Assembly (NCBI GenBank): GCA_033812795.1
Contig: JAPXSY010000004.1
Coordinates: 20,768-84,767, forward strand
DNA: 64,000 bases
Source of the DNA: Kiritimatiellia bacterium
Lineage (GTDB): Bacteria; Verrucomicrobiota; Kiritimatiellia; RFP12; UBA1067
Direction of reading: 5' to 3'
Shown here in pieces: positions 9,060-19,793 of this stretch (its first letter is position 1; each line of letters begins with the position of its first letter). The notes beneath the pieces are model-generated. The model worked only from the letters and a program-made list of their open reading frames with translations. It was not told the DNA's origin and did no database searches. Both the position numbers and the translations under genes were made by a program.

Positions 9060-9120
9060 ATGAGGAGGCTGTGAGGGGTTAAGGGGTTAAGGTTGTGAGG
9101 TGTTAAGGGGTTGAGGCTGT
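9060..9120 (-). repeat. intercistronic spacer made of GGTTAAGG/GTGAGG words (CCTTAACC/CCTCAC in the mRNA)
   Basis: The whole 61-nt atpB-atpD spacer is tandem degenerate words. The plus strand contains only 2 C, so the transcript has only 2 G. No Shine-Dalgarno precedes atpD; CCTCC is there instead. Related words occur at 5689-5712, 6540-6612 and 17010-17062. Confidence 0.8.
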
Positions 9121-10416
9121 CTACTTCTCCGGCCAGAACTTGTCAGTGAGTTTGCTGGGTATGCCGATCTCGCCTTTGTTGAAGCAGTCGGCCAGGATCT
9201 TCCAGCCCAAGTCCAGCGCCTTTTCTAGCGGGATGTTGACGGACAGGTCCATCATCTCTGTTTCAAAGCGCTCGCCGTATTTGAGCAGTTTGTTATCCCA
9301 GTCGCTCATGCGGAAGCCCATGGACTGCTTTTCTTGGGTCTCTTTGAACGAGGCATAGAGTTTGATCATGGCGTCCATGATCGTGCGGTGGTCTTCGCGC
9401 GTGTCTTTATTGACCTGCTGCTTGAGGCGGCTCAGCGAGCCGAAGGGCTCGATGCGTCCGTCACGCAGGTAGAACTGCCCCTCGGTGATGTAGCCGGTGT
9501 TGTCCGGCACCGGGTGGGTGACGTCGTCACCGGGCATGGTCGTGGCCGCGAGGATGGTGATGGAACCCGCGCCCTCGAAGTCGACCGCCTTCTCATACCG
9601 CGCGGCGAGTTGCGAGTAAAGATCGCCCGGGTAACCGCGGTTGGAGGGGATCTGCTCCATGGTGATGGCGATCTCCTTGAGCGCATCGGCGAAGTTGGTC
9701 ATGTCGGTCAGCAGCACCAGCACCTTTTTGCCCTGCAAGGCAAACTGCTCGGCTGCGGCCAGCGCGATGTCCGGCACCAGCGTACACTCGACGATCGGGT
9801 CGGCGGCGGTATGCACGAACATGACGGTGCGCGAGAGCGCGCCGCTCTCATCCAGCGTGTCGCGGAAGGCGAGGTAGTCATCGTGCTTGAGCCCCATGCC
9901 GCCGAGGATGATGATGTCGACCTCGGCTTGCAAGGCGATACGCGCGAGCAGGGCGTTGTAGGGTTCGCCGGCGCGGGCGAAGATCGGCAGCTTTTGCGAT
10001 TCAACCAGCGAGTTGAAGACATCGATCATCGGGATATTGGTGCGCACCATGTTACGCGGGATGATGCGCTTGGCCGGGTTGACCGAAGGTGTGCCGACAT
10101 CGATCAGATTGTCGGTCAGCGCGGGGCCGCCGTCGCGCGGCACGGCGCTGCCGGTGAAGGCGCGGCCGAGCAGCGCATCCGAAAACGGGACGCGCATAGG
10201 CCTGCCCAGAAAGCGCACCTTGCCGTCGGTCGCGATACCGCGCGCCCCGGCGAAGACTTGCAGGGTGACGGTGTCGCCATCAAGCTTGATGACCTGCGCC
10301 AACGACGTGCCGCTCCGCGAGGAGACTTCGGCGAGTTCGCGGTATTTTACCCCCCGTGCGCGCAGCGTGATGACGCTACCCGACAGGTTGTCAATCATAT
10401 GGTAAATTTTATGCAT
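9121..10416 (-). CDS. atpB: V-type ATPase subunit B
   Basis: 431 aa of the non-catalytic A/B family (…[31 protein letters not shown]…[17 protein letters not shown]). Overlaps the A gene by 8 nt. Confidence 0.93.
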   Translation of the reverse strand: MHKIYHMIDNLSGSVITLRARGVKYRELAEVSSRSGTSLAQVIKLDGDTVTLQVFAGARGIATDGKVRFLGRPMRVPFSDALLGRAFTGSAVPRDGGPALTDNLIDVGTPSVNPAKRIIPRNMVRTNIPMIDVFNSLVESQKLPIFARAGEPYNALLARIALQAEVDIIILGGMGLKHDDYLAFRDTLDESGALSRTVMFVHTAADPIVECTLVPDIALAAAEQFALQGKKVLVLLTDMTNFADALKEIAITMEQIPSNRGYPGDLYSQLAARYEKAVDFEGAGSITILAATTMPGDDVTHPVPDNTGYITEGQFYLRDGRIEPFGSLSRLKQQVNKDTREDHRTIMDAMIKLYASFKETQEKQSMGFRMSDWDNKLLKYGERFETEMMDLSVNIPLEKALDLGWKILADCFNKGEIGIPSKLTDKFWPEK

Positions 10417-12160
10417 GCGTGACCTCCTTAAGCATCTTGGCCAGCGCCTCCTTGCGGGTAATGTATTCCGGCGTGTTTTGAACGGTCATGTTCCAGTCGA
10501 TGAAGCTCTGCGAAAGCTGCTGGAAAAACTTACGGGCCGCAGCCTTGTCGTCAAAAGCGTATGAGGCGGTTATGGTCTGTTCCACCATGTCGAACATCTC
10601 GCGCTGGCGCTCCGCTGGCGAGGCGGCGTCGATGTCGTTGAAAGCATTCTGTTGGAGGTACACGGCGTCGATGAACTCGCTTTTCAGATAGGTGATGAAG
10701 TCGGCGATGTTGGTGCCTTCTTCACCGACCACCTTCATCATCTGGGCTACTTCGTTGCCTTGGCGCAGGACTGCGCGCGCCTGCGCGACGCGATTTTTAT
10801 CGATGATACTGTTGTATTGGCTCCAGCTCTCCAGCGGGTCGATGGCTGGAAAGCGGCGCGCGTCGGAGCGTGCGCGGGAGAGGCCGTGGAAAGCACCGAC
10901 AACTTTGAGCGTGGCCTGCGTGACCGGCTCGTCGAAGTTGCCGCCTGCGGGCGAGACCGTGCCGCCGATGGTGACCGAGCCGGTTGAGCCGTCCTTGAGC
11001 CTCACCAGACCGGCGCGTTCGTAGAAGTTGGAAATGAGCGATTCGAGATAGGCGGGGAAGGCTTCCTCGCCGGGGATCTCCTCCAGACGGCCCGAGAGTT
11101 CGCGTAGCGCCTGCGCCCAACGCGAGGTCGAATCTGCCAGCAGCAACACGTTCAGCCCCATCTGGCGGTAATAGCTTGCGATGGTGACGGCGGTGTAGAC
11201 CGAGGCCTCGCGCGCCGCCACCGGCATGGATGAGGTGTTGCAGATGATGACGGTGCGGTCCATCAGGCTTTTACCGGTGCGCGGGTCTTCCAGTTCGGGG
11301 AACTCGCGCAGGGTTTCCACCACCTCGCCCGCGCGTTCACCGCAAGCGGCGAACACCACGATGTCCACGTCGGCATAACGCGAGGTGAGCTGTTGCAGCA
11401 CGGTCTTGCCGGCGCCGAAGGGGCCGGGGATACAGTAGGTGCCGCCGAGCGCGACCGGGAAAAAGGTGTCGATCGAGCGCACACGGGTGGTCATGGTGTC
11501 CTTAGGCATCAGTCTTTCCGCGAAGCAGGTGACCGGCAATTTGACCGGCCAGCGTTGCAGCATGGTGACGCTGTGGTCGTTGCCGCCTTCATCCGTGATG
11601 ACGGCGATCTCGTCCTCGACTCTGTATTTACCGGCGTTTTTGACGCTTTTGACCGTGAAGACTCCCTGCATGGCGAAAGGCACCATGATGCGGTGCTTGA
11701 AAATACCTTCGGGCACGGTGCCCAGCGTCTCGCCCGCTGTCAGACGGTCGCCGGGTTTGGCGACCGGCGTGAAATCCCATTGTACGTCGCGGTCAATGGC
11801 GTTGAGGTAGGTGCCGCGCTGCAAGAAAAAGCCGCATTGCTCGGCGAGGCGGGGCAGGGGGTTCTGCAGACCGTCGTAAATCTGCGTGAGCAACCCCGGG
11901 GCCAACTCAGCGGAGAGCAAGTGGCCGGTGAACGTCACCGCATCGCCGATACTCAGATCGCGCGTGTCCTCGAAGACCTGCATGTCCGCAACGCGACCGC
12001 GTATGCGTACGATCTCGCTCATCAGGCGCTGTTCCGTGCCGTCTTCTTGGCGCACTTGCGCGAACCCGACTTCGTTCTGCGCGACCGCACCGTCGAACGC
12101 GACAGTGATCATGTTTCCGTTGACACCTACGACTTTACCTGTAGTTTCCATATGGCTCAC
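10409..12160 (-). CDS. atpA: V-type ATPase catalytic subunit A
   Basis: 583 aa, Walker [16 protein letters not shown], and the non-homologous insert typical of V/A-type A subunits. Confidence 0.95.
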   Translation of the reverse strand: MSHMETTGKVVGVNGNMITVAFDGAVAQNEVGFAQVRQEDGTEQRLMSEIVRIRGRVADMQVFEDTRDLSIGDAVTFTGHLLSAELAPGLLTQIYDGLQNPLPRLAEQCGFFLQRGTYLNAIDRDVQWDFTPVAKPGDRLTAGETLGTVPEGIFKHRIMVPFAMQGVFTVKSVKNAGKYRVEDEIAVITDEGGNDHSVTMLQRWPVKLPVTCFAERLMPKDTMTTRVRSIDTFFPVALGGTYCIPGPFGAGKTVLQQLTSRYADVDIVVFAACGERAGEVVETLREFPELEDPRTGKSLMDRTVIICNTSSMPVAAREASVYTAVTIASYYRQMGLNVLLLADSTSRWAQALRELSGRLEEIPGEEAFPAYLESLISNFYERAGLVRLKDGSTGSVTIGGTVSPAGGNFDEPVTQATLKVVGAFHGLSRARSDARRFPAIDPLESWSQYNSIIDKNRVAQARAVLRQGNEVAQMMKVVGEEGTNIADFITYLKSEFIDAVYLQQNAFNDIDAASPAERQREMFDMVEQTITASYAFDDKAAARKFFQQLSQSFIDWNMTVQNTPEYITRKEALAKMLKEVTHA

Positions 12161-12708
12161 GATTCGGTTTGCGGAATAGCCTCAGCGTTGTCCGCCGGCT
12201 TGATTTCCGCCAGTTGCTCGAAATGCTCCGTCCCGGCCTTGGTATCCCATTCCGCCTGCCGGGCTAGGATGCGGAGTTTTATTGCGTATGCGAAGACCGC
12301 GTTTTTGCACAGGGGGTCCGGCCCTTGCAACTCATCCACGATTGTCCAGCATATCCGGTCAAGCGCCTTCTCGCGTTGCAGGGGATCGGAACTCTGAAAA
12401 GCTTCTTCCACCAGATTCTCGATCCAGACTTCGACCCTGTGGCTGTAGCGCAGCCAAGGCTCTTCATCCGCACCAGAGCGCTGCGCGCGCTTATAGGCGA
12501 CCGCATTACGCAAGATGGTCATGTGGTCCTGCCATTTACGTGCGAAAGGATGATCCGGGGTCTCGCCTTTCAGCAGGCTTTCGACAACCTGCACATCTGC
12601 TGCGTCAAGCTGTTCGCGGCACATTCCAACGAACCCAGTTTGTGTAATACCGGGTTCAGTGCCTAAATTCAGCATCGGCAGAGAAGAAAGAAGGTAAATC
12701 AGGCTCAT
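12157..12708 (-). CDS. DUF2764-family protein (V-ATPase-operon associated, possible C-subunit analogue)
   Basis: 183 aa starting MSLIYLLSSLPMLNLG, sitting between E and A exactly as in Bacteroides/Chlamydia-type V-ATPase operons. 4-nt overlaps on both sides. Confidence 0.75.
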   Translation of the reverse strand: MSLIYLLSSLPMLNLGTEPGITQTGFVGMCREQLDAADVQVVESLLKGETPDHPFARKWQDHMTILRNAVAYKRAQRSGADEEPWLRYSHRVEVWIENLVEEAFQSSDPLQREKALDRICWTIVDELQGPDPLCKNAVFAYAIKLRILARQAEWDTKAGTEHFEQLAEIKPADNAEAIPQTES

Positions 12709-13292
12709 GGCTTCATCAATGCCGCCAAGCGCGGGCGGAGGCGCTTGGCGAGGGCGTCAGCTACCGCGTCGCCGGTAAACGAGTGTTCGATGCGTCCTTC
12801 TGATAAGCGCACGCGGAATCCGCTGGTAGCGGTTTTGTCGGTTAATATCTCCAGCCCGTTTTTCGCCTCGGCGGCAAGCTTGGCGCGCAGGGTTTCGGCC
12901 AGTTTCTCGCCCGCGGCCAGTTCTACCGGCTCTTCCCCGTTCAAATAATTCTTAACAGCGGCTTGGGCCAACTCCGTTACGACCGGCTCTTGCGCCAGTG
13001 CCTGATTGACTTCGGTGAGCAACAGGTTGGTGAATAGCGCGGTGACCGTTTTTTCGACCTGTATAACCGTGTCGCGAGCGACTTGGCGCAGCGTTTCCTC
13101 GGCGCGCTGTGTGAACGCCTCAGCCTCCTGCCGCGCTTGCTCGGAAAGCTTATCCGCTTTCTCTTGCGCGGATTTCAAAAGCTCGTCGGCCTTTTTTTGG
13201 GCATCTGCGATGATTTTGTCGGCTTCTTCGCGGGCCTTCTCAATGCCGTCGCGCTGGATTTTCTCTAAAATGGGCTGTAACTCTTGTGTCAT
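12705..13292 (-). CDS. atpE: V-type ATPase subunit E
   Basis: 195 aa with a charged coiled-coil N-terminus (IEKAREEADKIIADAQKKADELLKSAQEKADKL). First gene of the operon. Confidence 0.88.
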   Translation of the reverse strand: MTQELQPILEKIQRDGIEKAREEADKIIADAQKKADELLKSAQEKADKLSEQARQEAEAFTQRAEETLRQVARDTVIQVEKTVTALFTNLLLTEVNQALAQEPVVTELAQAAVKNYLNGEEPVELAAGEKLAETLRAKLAAEAKNGLEILTDKTATSGFRVRLSEGRIEHSFTGDAVADALAKRLRPRLAALMKP

Positions 13293-13367
13293 GTCATCAC
13301 CTTAAAGCTGCCTGGAATGGAATTGGATCGCTTGCAAACACCCCCATCGCAGGCGAATATCCCCACA

Positions 13368-13396
13368 TTATTAAAAAGTAGTGGTAAGGCGGTCAA
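13368..13396 (-). promoter_or_regulatory. candidate sigma70-like promoter of the V-ATPase operon
   Basis: The minus strand reads TTGACC (13396-13391), 17 nt, TAATAA (13373-13368), about 75 nt upstream of the atpE start. Hexamer match only, and the promoter consensus in this lineage is unknown. Confidence 0.3.
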
Positions 13397-13426
13397 GTAC
13401 GAATCGATTTTTTTTTACGCAGTTGT

Positions 13427-13906
13427 TTAAAACGGTGTGATCGGTCCGGTGTAGGTGTCGCAGGCCTGTTGGAGCGCCTCCGTATGCTGGTGCATGATAC
13501 GGATGAGGTGCCGCAGGTCGGTTTCACCGACGGTTCGGAGAGCGCTGGTTTCTACGGCATGGACCTCGGCTTTCAAGCGTTTCACCTTGTCGAGCCCTCT
13601 GCGTGTGAGGCGGATGATCTTGCGGCGGCGGTCCTGCGGATGCGGCAGGCGGGCAATCAGCCCCTGTTTTTCAAGGCCGTCGAGCAGGGCGGTCACGGTT
13701 TGGCGGGGAATCGCCAGTTCGTCAGCCGCTTCGGCTGCCTCGGCATGTTCGCGGTGGCAGTCGAGATAATCCAGCAGCATATACGTGTTGAGGGGTACCC
13801 CCCATTTGAGGAGAAAGAGGTTCGCTTGACGGGCAAGTTTATGAAAAACCTCCTTCATCTCACCAGCCAACTGAATGACTGTTTCGTCCTTCATTTCGTT
13901 GTGCAT
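13427..13906 (-). CDS. MarR-family transcriptional regulator
   Basis: 159 aa winged-helix protein (…AIPRQTVTALLDGLEKQGLIARLPHPQDRRRKIIRLTRRG…). Lies 16 nt downstream of the RND pump gene. Confidence 0.88.
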   Translation of the reverse strand: MHNEMKDETVIQLAGEMKEVFHKLARQANLFLLKWGVPLNTYMLLDYLDCHREHAEAAEAADELAIPRQTVTALLDGLEKQGLIARLPHPQDRRRKIIRLTRRGLDKVKRLKAEVHAVETSALRTVGETDLRHLIRIMHQHTEALQQACDTYTGPITPF

Positions 13907-13922
13907 ATCGAACCTCCGTGGC

Positions 13923-16900
13923 TCATTTAGCCCTCCACTTGCGCCGCCAGCCGGTGAACAGCGCGTAAGTCACGGGGAGGAGGGTCAGGGTTAGAATACC
14001 CGCCATGAAGATGCCGCCGACCGAGGCGACACCGATCCCCACGCGGTTTTCGGAGCCGATGCCCGTGCCGGTCGCCAGCGGGATCATGCCGATGCCGGAG
14101 GCCAGAATCACCATGAGCACGGCGCGGAACTCTTCGGACATGGCGTTGCGCAAGGCGCGGTGCGGCACCATGCCCGCAGCCAGATTCTGCCCTAGTTTGT
14201 CGGCGATCAGAATCGCGGGGTTGACCACCACACCGATCAGCATCACGACACCCAACTGCACAAAGATGGAGGCCGACGAACCGGTCATATCCAGTGCCCA
14301 CATGACGCCGATCAGACCCATCGGTAACGTGGTGAGCACGAGGAACATGCGGCGGAAGGATTCCAGCATGGCGGCCAGGGTCAGCAAGGTCAAGAACGCG
14401 GCGATTATGATTGCCTCCGTAAAGTCGGCGATGGCCGTGCCCATCTCTTCGCTGATTCCCGAAAACTCAAGCGTGTAGCCCGGTGGCAGCATGTTTTCGT
14501 CGCGGACGGTCTGCATGAGGCGATTGCGGACATCTCCGAGTTTCGCGTCTTGGGTAATATCACCGACGATTTTGACGGCGCGTTGCTTGTCGTGACGGAA
14601 GATCATGACCTTCATTAGGGCGTCGCGCACATCCGCTACGGTTTCTAGAGTGACGGCCTGCCCGTCTTTTGTGGGCAGCAGAAATTCGCGGACCTGCTCG
14701 CGTCCGGGGATCTCATCGAATTTGACGCGGATGTCATAGGTACGGTCGCCCCGCTTGTAGTCGGCAGCCTCGATGCCCTCGACATTGGCACGGACCGTCC
14801 AGGCGAGCATTTCAGGAGTCACGCCGATATCCGCCATAACGGAACGCTTAGGCAGCACACGGACCTCGCGTTTGGGGTCGCGCACGTTGGTGTCGAGGAT
14901 GCCCACACCGTCGATTTCGAGGAACCGTTTCTGTATATTCAGAGCGGTGCGGTCGAGTACGTCTAAGTCGTCGCCCTTGAGCACTAGGTCAAGTTGGAGA
15001 CTTTGGGTGCCTGTCGTGGCGCCAGGAACGGCGGCCGTGGCGATCACGTCGGTTTCATGAGCCAGCAGTCCACGGACTTCTTCCACGCGATCGAAGATCG
15101 TCCAGTCGCGATCGGTCTTATCCGTGAAGAGCAAGATGATCATCGCCAGATAGACGCCCTGATTAGCCTGTCCGCTGTGGGCCTCGGCACGCCCGACCAG
15201 TGAGAAAGTGCGCAATCGGTCTTGCAGCGGCTCAAAGCGTTTTTCGATTTCGTGGACACGCTCAACGGTGTGCTCAAGATCGTAGTACGGCGGGAACTCC
15301 AGGCGGACGAAGATCTTGCCGTAGTCATTGTTCTCGACGAAGCCCATACTGATGCGCTGCCCACAGATTTTCAAGGTGCCGACAAACAGGAGGATGCCGC
15401 CCAAGACGATCAGCGCGGCGAGCCAGCGGCGTTCGATGATGCGTCTGAGTATCACGGCGTGGAGACGTCCGTAGCGTTGGACGAAGTCGACCCAACGTCC
15501 GCCGAAGCGTGCCGCCCAGTTCTGCTTGCGTTGCGAGGCCGGCCGCATGATGAGGGCACAGAGGATGGGGGTGAGCGTGAAACTGACGAGAATGGAGGCA
15601 GCGTTGACGATCAGGGTAGTTCCGGCGAATGGCGCGAAGAAACGACCGACCATACTTGTCATCATCGTGATCGGCAACATCACGACCACGTTCGTGCCGG
15701 CCGATGCCAGCACCGCCACCGCGACTTCCGACGTGCCGATGCGCGCCGCTTCCCAACGGTCGGGTATGTCATCAAAGCGTTTGACGACGTTCTCAAGCAC
15801 CACGATGGAGTTCGAGACCAAGATGCCGACCGAAAGGCCGATGGCCAGCAGGGTGGACTGGTTGAGCGTATACCCGGCCAGTCCCATAAAGAAAAGCGAG
15901 ATGATGATGGTAACCGGCATGGCCAGCGCGACCACAAACGTGGCGCGGATGTTGACGAGGAAAAGGAATAAGATCGCCGCGCACAGCAGGATGCCGGAGA
16001 GGATGTCTTCGATCGTCGCATCCACCGATGCCTGCACGTTGCGCGCGTCGTCGTCAACCCAGATCAACTCCATGCCCGGCGGCAAGGTTTTGATCACCTC
16101 TTCGTAACGCTTGCGGGACTCTTTGACCACGGTAACGGTGTTGCCCTCTGATTTTTTGACTACGCGCATCGCGACACCTTGGCGCCCGTCCAGAAACGCG
16201 CGCTCCCGCACCTCTTCCGGCGCGACCCGCACGGAACCTAGATCCTTGAGGGTGCGGCGTCGGCCATCGCGCGTGGCAACCTCCAGCGTCTCAATCTCCT
16301 CAACCGTGTCATATTCCGCGTAAAACCGTACGTTGTACTCGCTGCCCGCCTCGCGGATACGTCCACCGGGCACGTTGACGATGCTGTTGCGCAACGCAGT
16401 GACGATATCCCAACTGGTCAGGCCGGCAGCGACGACCTTATCGCGATCCAGTTCCACCCAGACTTCGCGCTCGTTGCCGCCGGTGAGTTCGATCTTCTCC
16501 ACGCCGCGCACGGTGGAAAAACGGTCATCCAGCGTGTTGTCGGCGTAGTCATAGAGTTCGTCAACTGGGATGTCTCCGGTCAGGAACATGCTGGCCACGG
16601 GAACCGCATTGATGTCCTCCTTTTCAATGATCGGACGGTCGGCGGTCTCCGGCAGGTCGGGCAAGACGGCATCCAGTTTTTCCCGTACGTCGTCAGCGGC
16701 GACGTTGACGTCCACGCCCATTTCAAACTGGAGCACCACCAGACTGATGTTTTCTTGGCAGGAGGAGAAGACATGCTTCAGGCCGTCCAAGCCCGATACC
16801 GCGTCCTCGATGTGTTTCGCCACGTCTTTTTCCATGTCCTCGGGCGATGCGCCGAGCCAGGTGGTCGTGATCGTGATATAGGGAATATCCACGCTCGGCA

Positions 16901-17009
16901 GGAACTCGAGGGAGAGTTTGCGCCAGGTGTTTAATCCCAGCGCGATCAGCGCGATGAGCATACAACTCACAGCGACGGGGCGTTTGGTGGAGGCATTGGC
17001 AAGGAACAT
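13923..17009 (-). CDS. RND efflux transporter permease (AcrB/HAE family)
   Basis: 1028 aa. The N-terminus FLANASTKRPVAVSCMLIALIALGLNTWRKLSLEFLPSVDIPYITITT and the 12-TM two-lobe architecture are typical of AcrB-like pumps. Confidence 0.95.
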   Translation of the reverse strand: MFLANASTKRPVAVSCMLIALIALGLNTWRKLSLEFLPSVDIPYITITTTWLGASPEDMEKDVAKHIEDAVSGLDGLKHVFSSCQENISLVVLQFEMGVDVNVAADDVREKLDAVLPDLPETADRPIIEKEDINAVPVASMFLTGDIPVDELYDYADNTLDDRFSTVRGVEKIELTGGNEREVWVELDRDKVVAAGLTSWDIVTALRNSIVNVPGGRIREAGSEYNVRFYAEYDTVEEIETLEVATRDGRRRTLKDLGSVRVAPEEVRERAFLDGRQGVAMRVVKKSEGNTVTVVKESRKRYEEVIKTLPPGMELIWVDDDARNVQASVDATIEDILSGILLCAAILFLFLVNIRATFVVALAMPVTIIISLFFMGLAGYTLNQSTLLAIGLSVGILVSNSIVVLENVVKRFDDIPDRWEAARIGTSEVAVAVLASAGTNVVVMLPITMMTSMVGRFFAPFAGTTLIVNAASILVSFTLTPILCALIMRPASQRKQNWAARFGGRWVDFVQRYGRLHAVILRRIIERRWLAALIVLGGILLFVGTLKICGQRISMGFVENNDYGKIFVRLEFPPYYDLEHTVERVHEIEKRFEPLQDRLRTFSLVGRAEAHSGQANQGVYLAMIILLFTDKTDRDWTIFDRVEEVRGLLAHETDVIATAAVPGATTGTQSLQLDLVLKGDDLDVLDRTALNIQKRFLEIDGVGILDTNVRDPKREVRVLPKRSVMADIGVTPEMLAWTVRANVEGIEAADYKRGDRTYDIRVKFDEIPGREQVREFLLPTKDGQAVTLETVADVRDALMKVMIFRHDKQRAVKIVGDITQDAKLGDVRNRLMQTVRDENMLPPGYTLEFSGISEEMGTAIADFTEAIIIAAFLTLLTLAAMLESFRRMFLVLTTLPMGLIGVMWALDMTGSSASIFVQLGVVMLIGVVVNPAILIADKLGQNLAAGMVPHRALRNAMSEEFRAVLMVILASGIGMIPLATGTGIGSENRVGIGVASVGGIFMAGILTLTLLPVTYALFTGWRRKWRAK

Positions 17010-17062
17010 AAGTATAGGGGCGTTTAAGGGTTTAAGATTGAGGTGCCGGAAACGAGGTATGA

Positions 17063-18202
17063 TTAGCGGATGTCTACTGCGACACCGTCAGTGGCTTGGG
17101 ATTGGCCTTCGACCAAAATCTGCTCGCCTTCCGCGAGGCCTTCTAGGATTTCGGTCCAGCCGTCATTGCGCAGGCCGGCTTTTACATCGCGCATGTTGGC
17201 CTTGCCGTCTTTGACGACAAAGACGACTGATCGGTTCAGACGCGCCACAATGGAGGCATCCGGTACAGCTAAGCCGTCACGTTTCTCGAACACGAAGGAG
17301 AATGAGGCCATGTTTCCGGGGACGGCTGCAGGATTGTTCTCGATCAGACCTTTCACTTCAAAGGTGCGCAGGATGGCGTCGATCGTCGGGCTGCGGTAGG
17401 TGACGGGATAGGAGCCTAGATCCTTTCCGTCCGCAGAGAGTTTGAAGGTGGCTTTGCCCGGCTCGGCCTCGGGGTAAAGCGTAGCCGGCAGATAGGCGAC
17501 GGCCTCGACAACGGTAGGATCGTCGATGCGCAGGACAACCTGTCCGGCGGCGAGATGTTCGCCCGGCTCGGCCGCACGTTTGTTGACAATGCCGGAGATC
17601 GGCGCGATGATGCGTGTGTCGTCCAATGCCTTCTGCGCGATGCGCAGGGCGGCCTCGGCCTGCACGACCCGCGCTTCGGCGAGTTCCACTTCGGCCTTCG
17701 TCAGGCGCAGGGCTGCCTGAGTGACGATATACGCAGTTTCGTAAATCTCAAACTCGTTGTCGGTCACGGTGCCTTTTTCATGGAGGCGGCTGTAACGCTT
17801 GAAGTCCCGTTCGGCCTTCAGGCTTTCGGCTGCGGTTTTTTCCGATGCGGCACGGCTGACCGCACAGGCGGCGCGCGCTACGGCCAGATCTTGCTCGGCG
17901 GCGGTGACCGCATTGCTCTGTGCGACGGGATCGACCTGAAACAGGACGGTTTTTCCCGCTTCCACACGATCCCCGTCATCCACCCAAATAGCATCCAGGT
18001 TGCCGCCGGTGCGTGCGGCGACATTGGCGAAGTTCTTGGTCTGGAGCGAGCCTTGCACCAGAAAGCGCCGTTCAAAGTTACGCGCCGCGACCGGCGTGAC
18101 CTTGACAGGCAGCACTTGTTGCGCAAGCGATGTCGTAGCGGCGAGCGCGACCGACGCCAACAGCAGATTCATAGGTTTGATAGCAGGTAGGGATACGTGC
18201 AT
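17063..18202 (-). CDS. RND efflux periplasmic adaptor (membrane fusion protein, HlyD family)
   Basis: 379 aa with signal peptide, alpha-hairpin (AEVELAEARVVQAEAALRIAQKALDDTRI) and beta-barrel regions. Sits between the OMF and RND genes. Confidence 0.92.
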   Translation of the reverse strand: MHVSLPAIKPMNLLLASVALAATTSLAQQVLPVKVTPVAARNFERRFLVQGSLQTKNFANVAARTGGNLDAIWVDDGDRVEAGKTVLFQVDPVAQSNAVTAAEQDLAVARAACAVSRAASEKTAAESLKAERDFKRYSRLHEKGTVTDNEFEIYETAYIVTQAALRLTKAEVELAEARVVQAEAALRIAQKALDDTRIIAPISGIVNKRAAEPGEHLAAGQVVLRIDDPTVVEAVAYLPATLYPEAEPGKATFKLSADGKDLGSYPVTYRSPTIDAILRTFEVKGLIENNPAAVPGNMASFSFVFEKRDGLAVPDASIVARLNRSVVFVVKDGKANMRDVKAGLRNDGWTEILEGLAEGEQILVEGQSQATDGVAVDIR

Positions 18203-18205
18203 GAT

Positions 18206-19585
18206 TTATTCTTCCTTCTTTAAATCGGTTTCGGGGAGGAGGGTCGTGCCCATGGCCAAGTCCAAAGTGGCGCGGGCGATCGCTTCCTGATAGCGTGTTT
18301 GTACGAGAATAACCTGAGCGGTGTCGCGTTCGGCTTCGGCCTCGAGGCTGTCCTTGGCCGGGATCAGGCCGGCGCGCATCTTTTCGCGGTAGTCGTTGCT
18401 TTTGAGGTCGAATGCGCGATGGTTCTGGGTCGCGACGCGGTAGGCGTCCGTCGCGTCCTGTATCCCCATATGCGCGCGGGTCACCTCCAGCATGATGCTG
18501 AGAAAGAGAGATTCACGGCTCAATTCAGCGGACGTGCGCTCGACCTTGGACGAGCGGTAACGCGCGACATTGGCAAAGCCGTCAAAGAGCTTCCAGGTTC
18601 CGGCAAGTCCCAGCTTCCAGTTGTGCAGGCGGTCCATCGACGTATTGTCGGCATAGGTGCCGGTCCAGAACCCCATCACATTGGGCAGGAAATCGCAGAA
18701 GGCTTGGCGGACCTGGTGGTTGCGCATGACCACATTCCGGTCAGCCATCGCAAGTTCCGGGTGGCTGGAGAGTGCCTGCAGCACGCGCTCTTCAAGGGTG
18801 GTGTCCGGTAGGGCGGATTCGTCAGGGGCACCTGCCAGCTTGATGGAGGCATCCGGCGCGAGCCCCAGCGTTAGGAGCAAGGCCCCGCGCGCGGTGACGA
18901 GCCCGCGCTCCGCCTGCGACAGGGCTGCGGCGCGATCTTCGTAGCGGGCACGCGCCAGCTCCCGCTCCCATACGGTGCTCATGCCCTCGGCGGCCAAACT
19001 GTCGATGCGGCGGAAGGTCTCCTGCGCGGCATCCCGCTGCGCGGTGAGCGCATTGATGATCTCCTCCTGAACGAGGCAGGTGTAATAATCGCGGGTGGTC
19101 TCCAGCACGATGACCTGCCGGACGTAGTGCGCGGCAACTGCGGCGATCTCCGTCTGCTGGCGACGCGCGGCGTAGAGGAACCAGACCGAGGGGGTGAGGA
19201 TCGGCACATCGACGTTAAGCGCGGCATCGCTGAAAGAGCGGCGTTCAAACGCCATGAGGCCGCCTCCGACCGTGTTGGGGAAGCGGTTGCGCGTGGCCGA
19301 GGCGGCCAACGTCATTTTCGGCAGGAACTCCGAGAACGCGATGTCTTTGCCGAGGCGGGCGAGTTCGTGCCGCAGGTCGGCTTGGCGGGCCTCGTAATTG
19401 TTTGTCATCGCGATCGTCAGACAGTCCTGCAAAGAGAGCGGCTGCGCCAACAGGGCGGCGGTCTGCGCGTCGAGGTCACGCCGGAAGTCTTCGGTGTGCT
19501 CGCTCCGCGTCTGCTGCGCGTCATAGGTGCTGCATCCACACCATGTGAGGACGATCAGAGAAAGAAAAATAGGCTTAAGATTCAT
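18206..19585 (-). CDS. TolC-family outer membrane efflux protein (lipoprotein)
   Basis: The listed ORF extends to 19669 (TTG). The preferred start is the ATG at 19585, giving MNLKPIFLSLIVLTWCGCS (lipobox). Two repeated TolC-like halves. Confidence 0.88.
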   Translation of the reverse strand: MNLKPIFLSLIVLTWCGCSTYDAQQTRSEHTEDFRRDLDAQTAALLAQPLSLQDCLTIAMTNNYEARQADLRHELARLGKDIAFSEFLPKMTLAASATRNRFPNTVGGGLMAFERRSFSDAALNVDVPILTPSVWFLYAARRQQTEIAAVAAHYVRQVIVLETTRDYYTCLVQEEIINALTAQRDAAQETFRRIDSLAAEGMSTVWERELARARYEDRAAALSQAERGLVTARGALLLTLGLAPDASIKLAGAPDESALPDTTLEERVLQALSSHPELAMADRNVVMRNHQVRQAFCDFLPNVMGFWTGTYADNTSMDRLHNWKLGLAGTWKLFDGFANVARYRSSKVERTSAELSRESLFLSIMLEVTRAHMGIQDATDAYRVATQNHRAFDLKSNDYREKMRAGLIPAKDSLEAEAERDTAQVILVQTRYQEAIARATLDLAMGTTLLPETDLKKEE

Positions 19586-19718
19586 TGTCAATGTTTGTGG
19601 GTTGCCGGGCCTATCCCGGGTTGAACGGGGCGGGATAATACAGGTTCGGATTATCCGAATCAAGACCAAATTTGTGTTTTTTTAACGCAGAGACGGGGAG
19701 ACGCAGAGGGTTGAGAGA

Positions 19719-19793
19719 AGTTCATTAGTTGATTAGTTCATTAGTGCATTAGTTTTGGCATGATCGCAGGTCGCGGGTCGAATGTCGCGGGTC
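19719..19793. repeat. AGTTSATT octamer array plus inverted copy of the CGACCCGCGA module
   Basis: agttcatt, agttgatt, agttcatt, agtgcatt, agttttgg (19719-19758). 19770-19793 is the perfect reverse complement of 3211-3234 (GACCCGCGACATTCGACCCGCGAC). Located in the divergent tolC/uvrA intergenic region. Confidence 0.85.
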
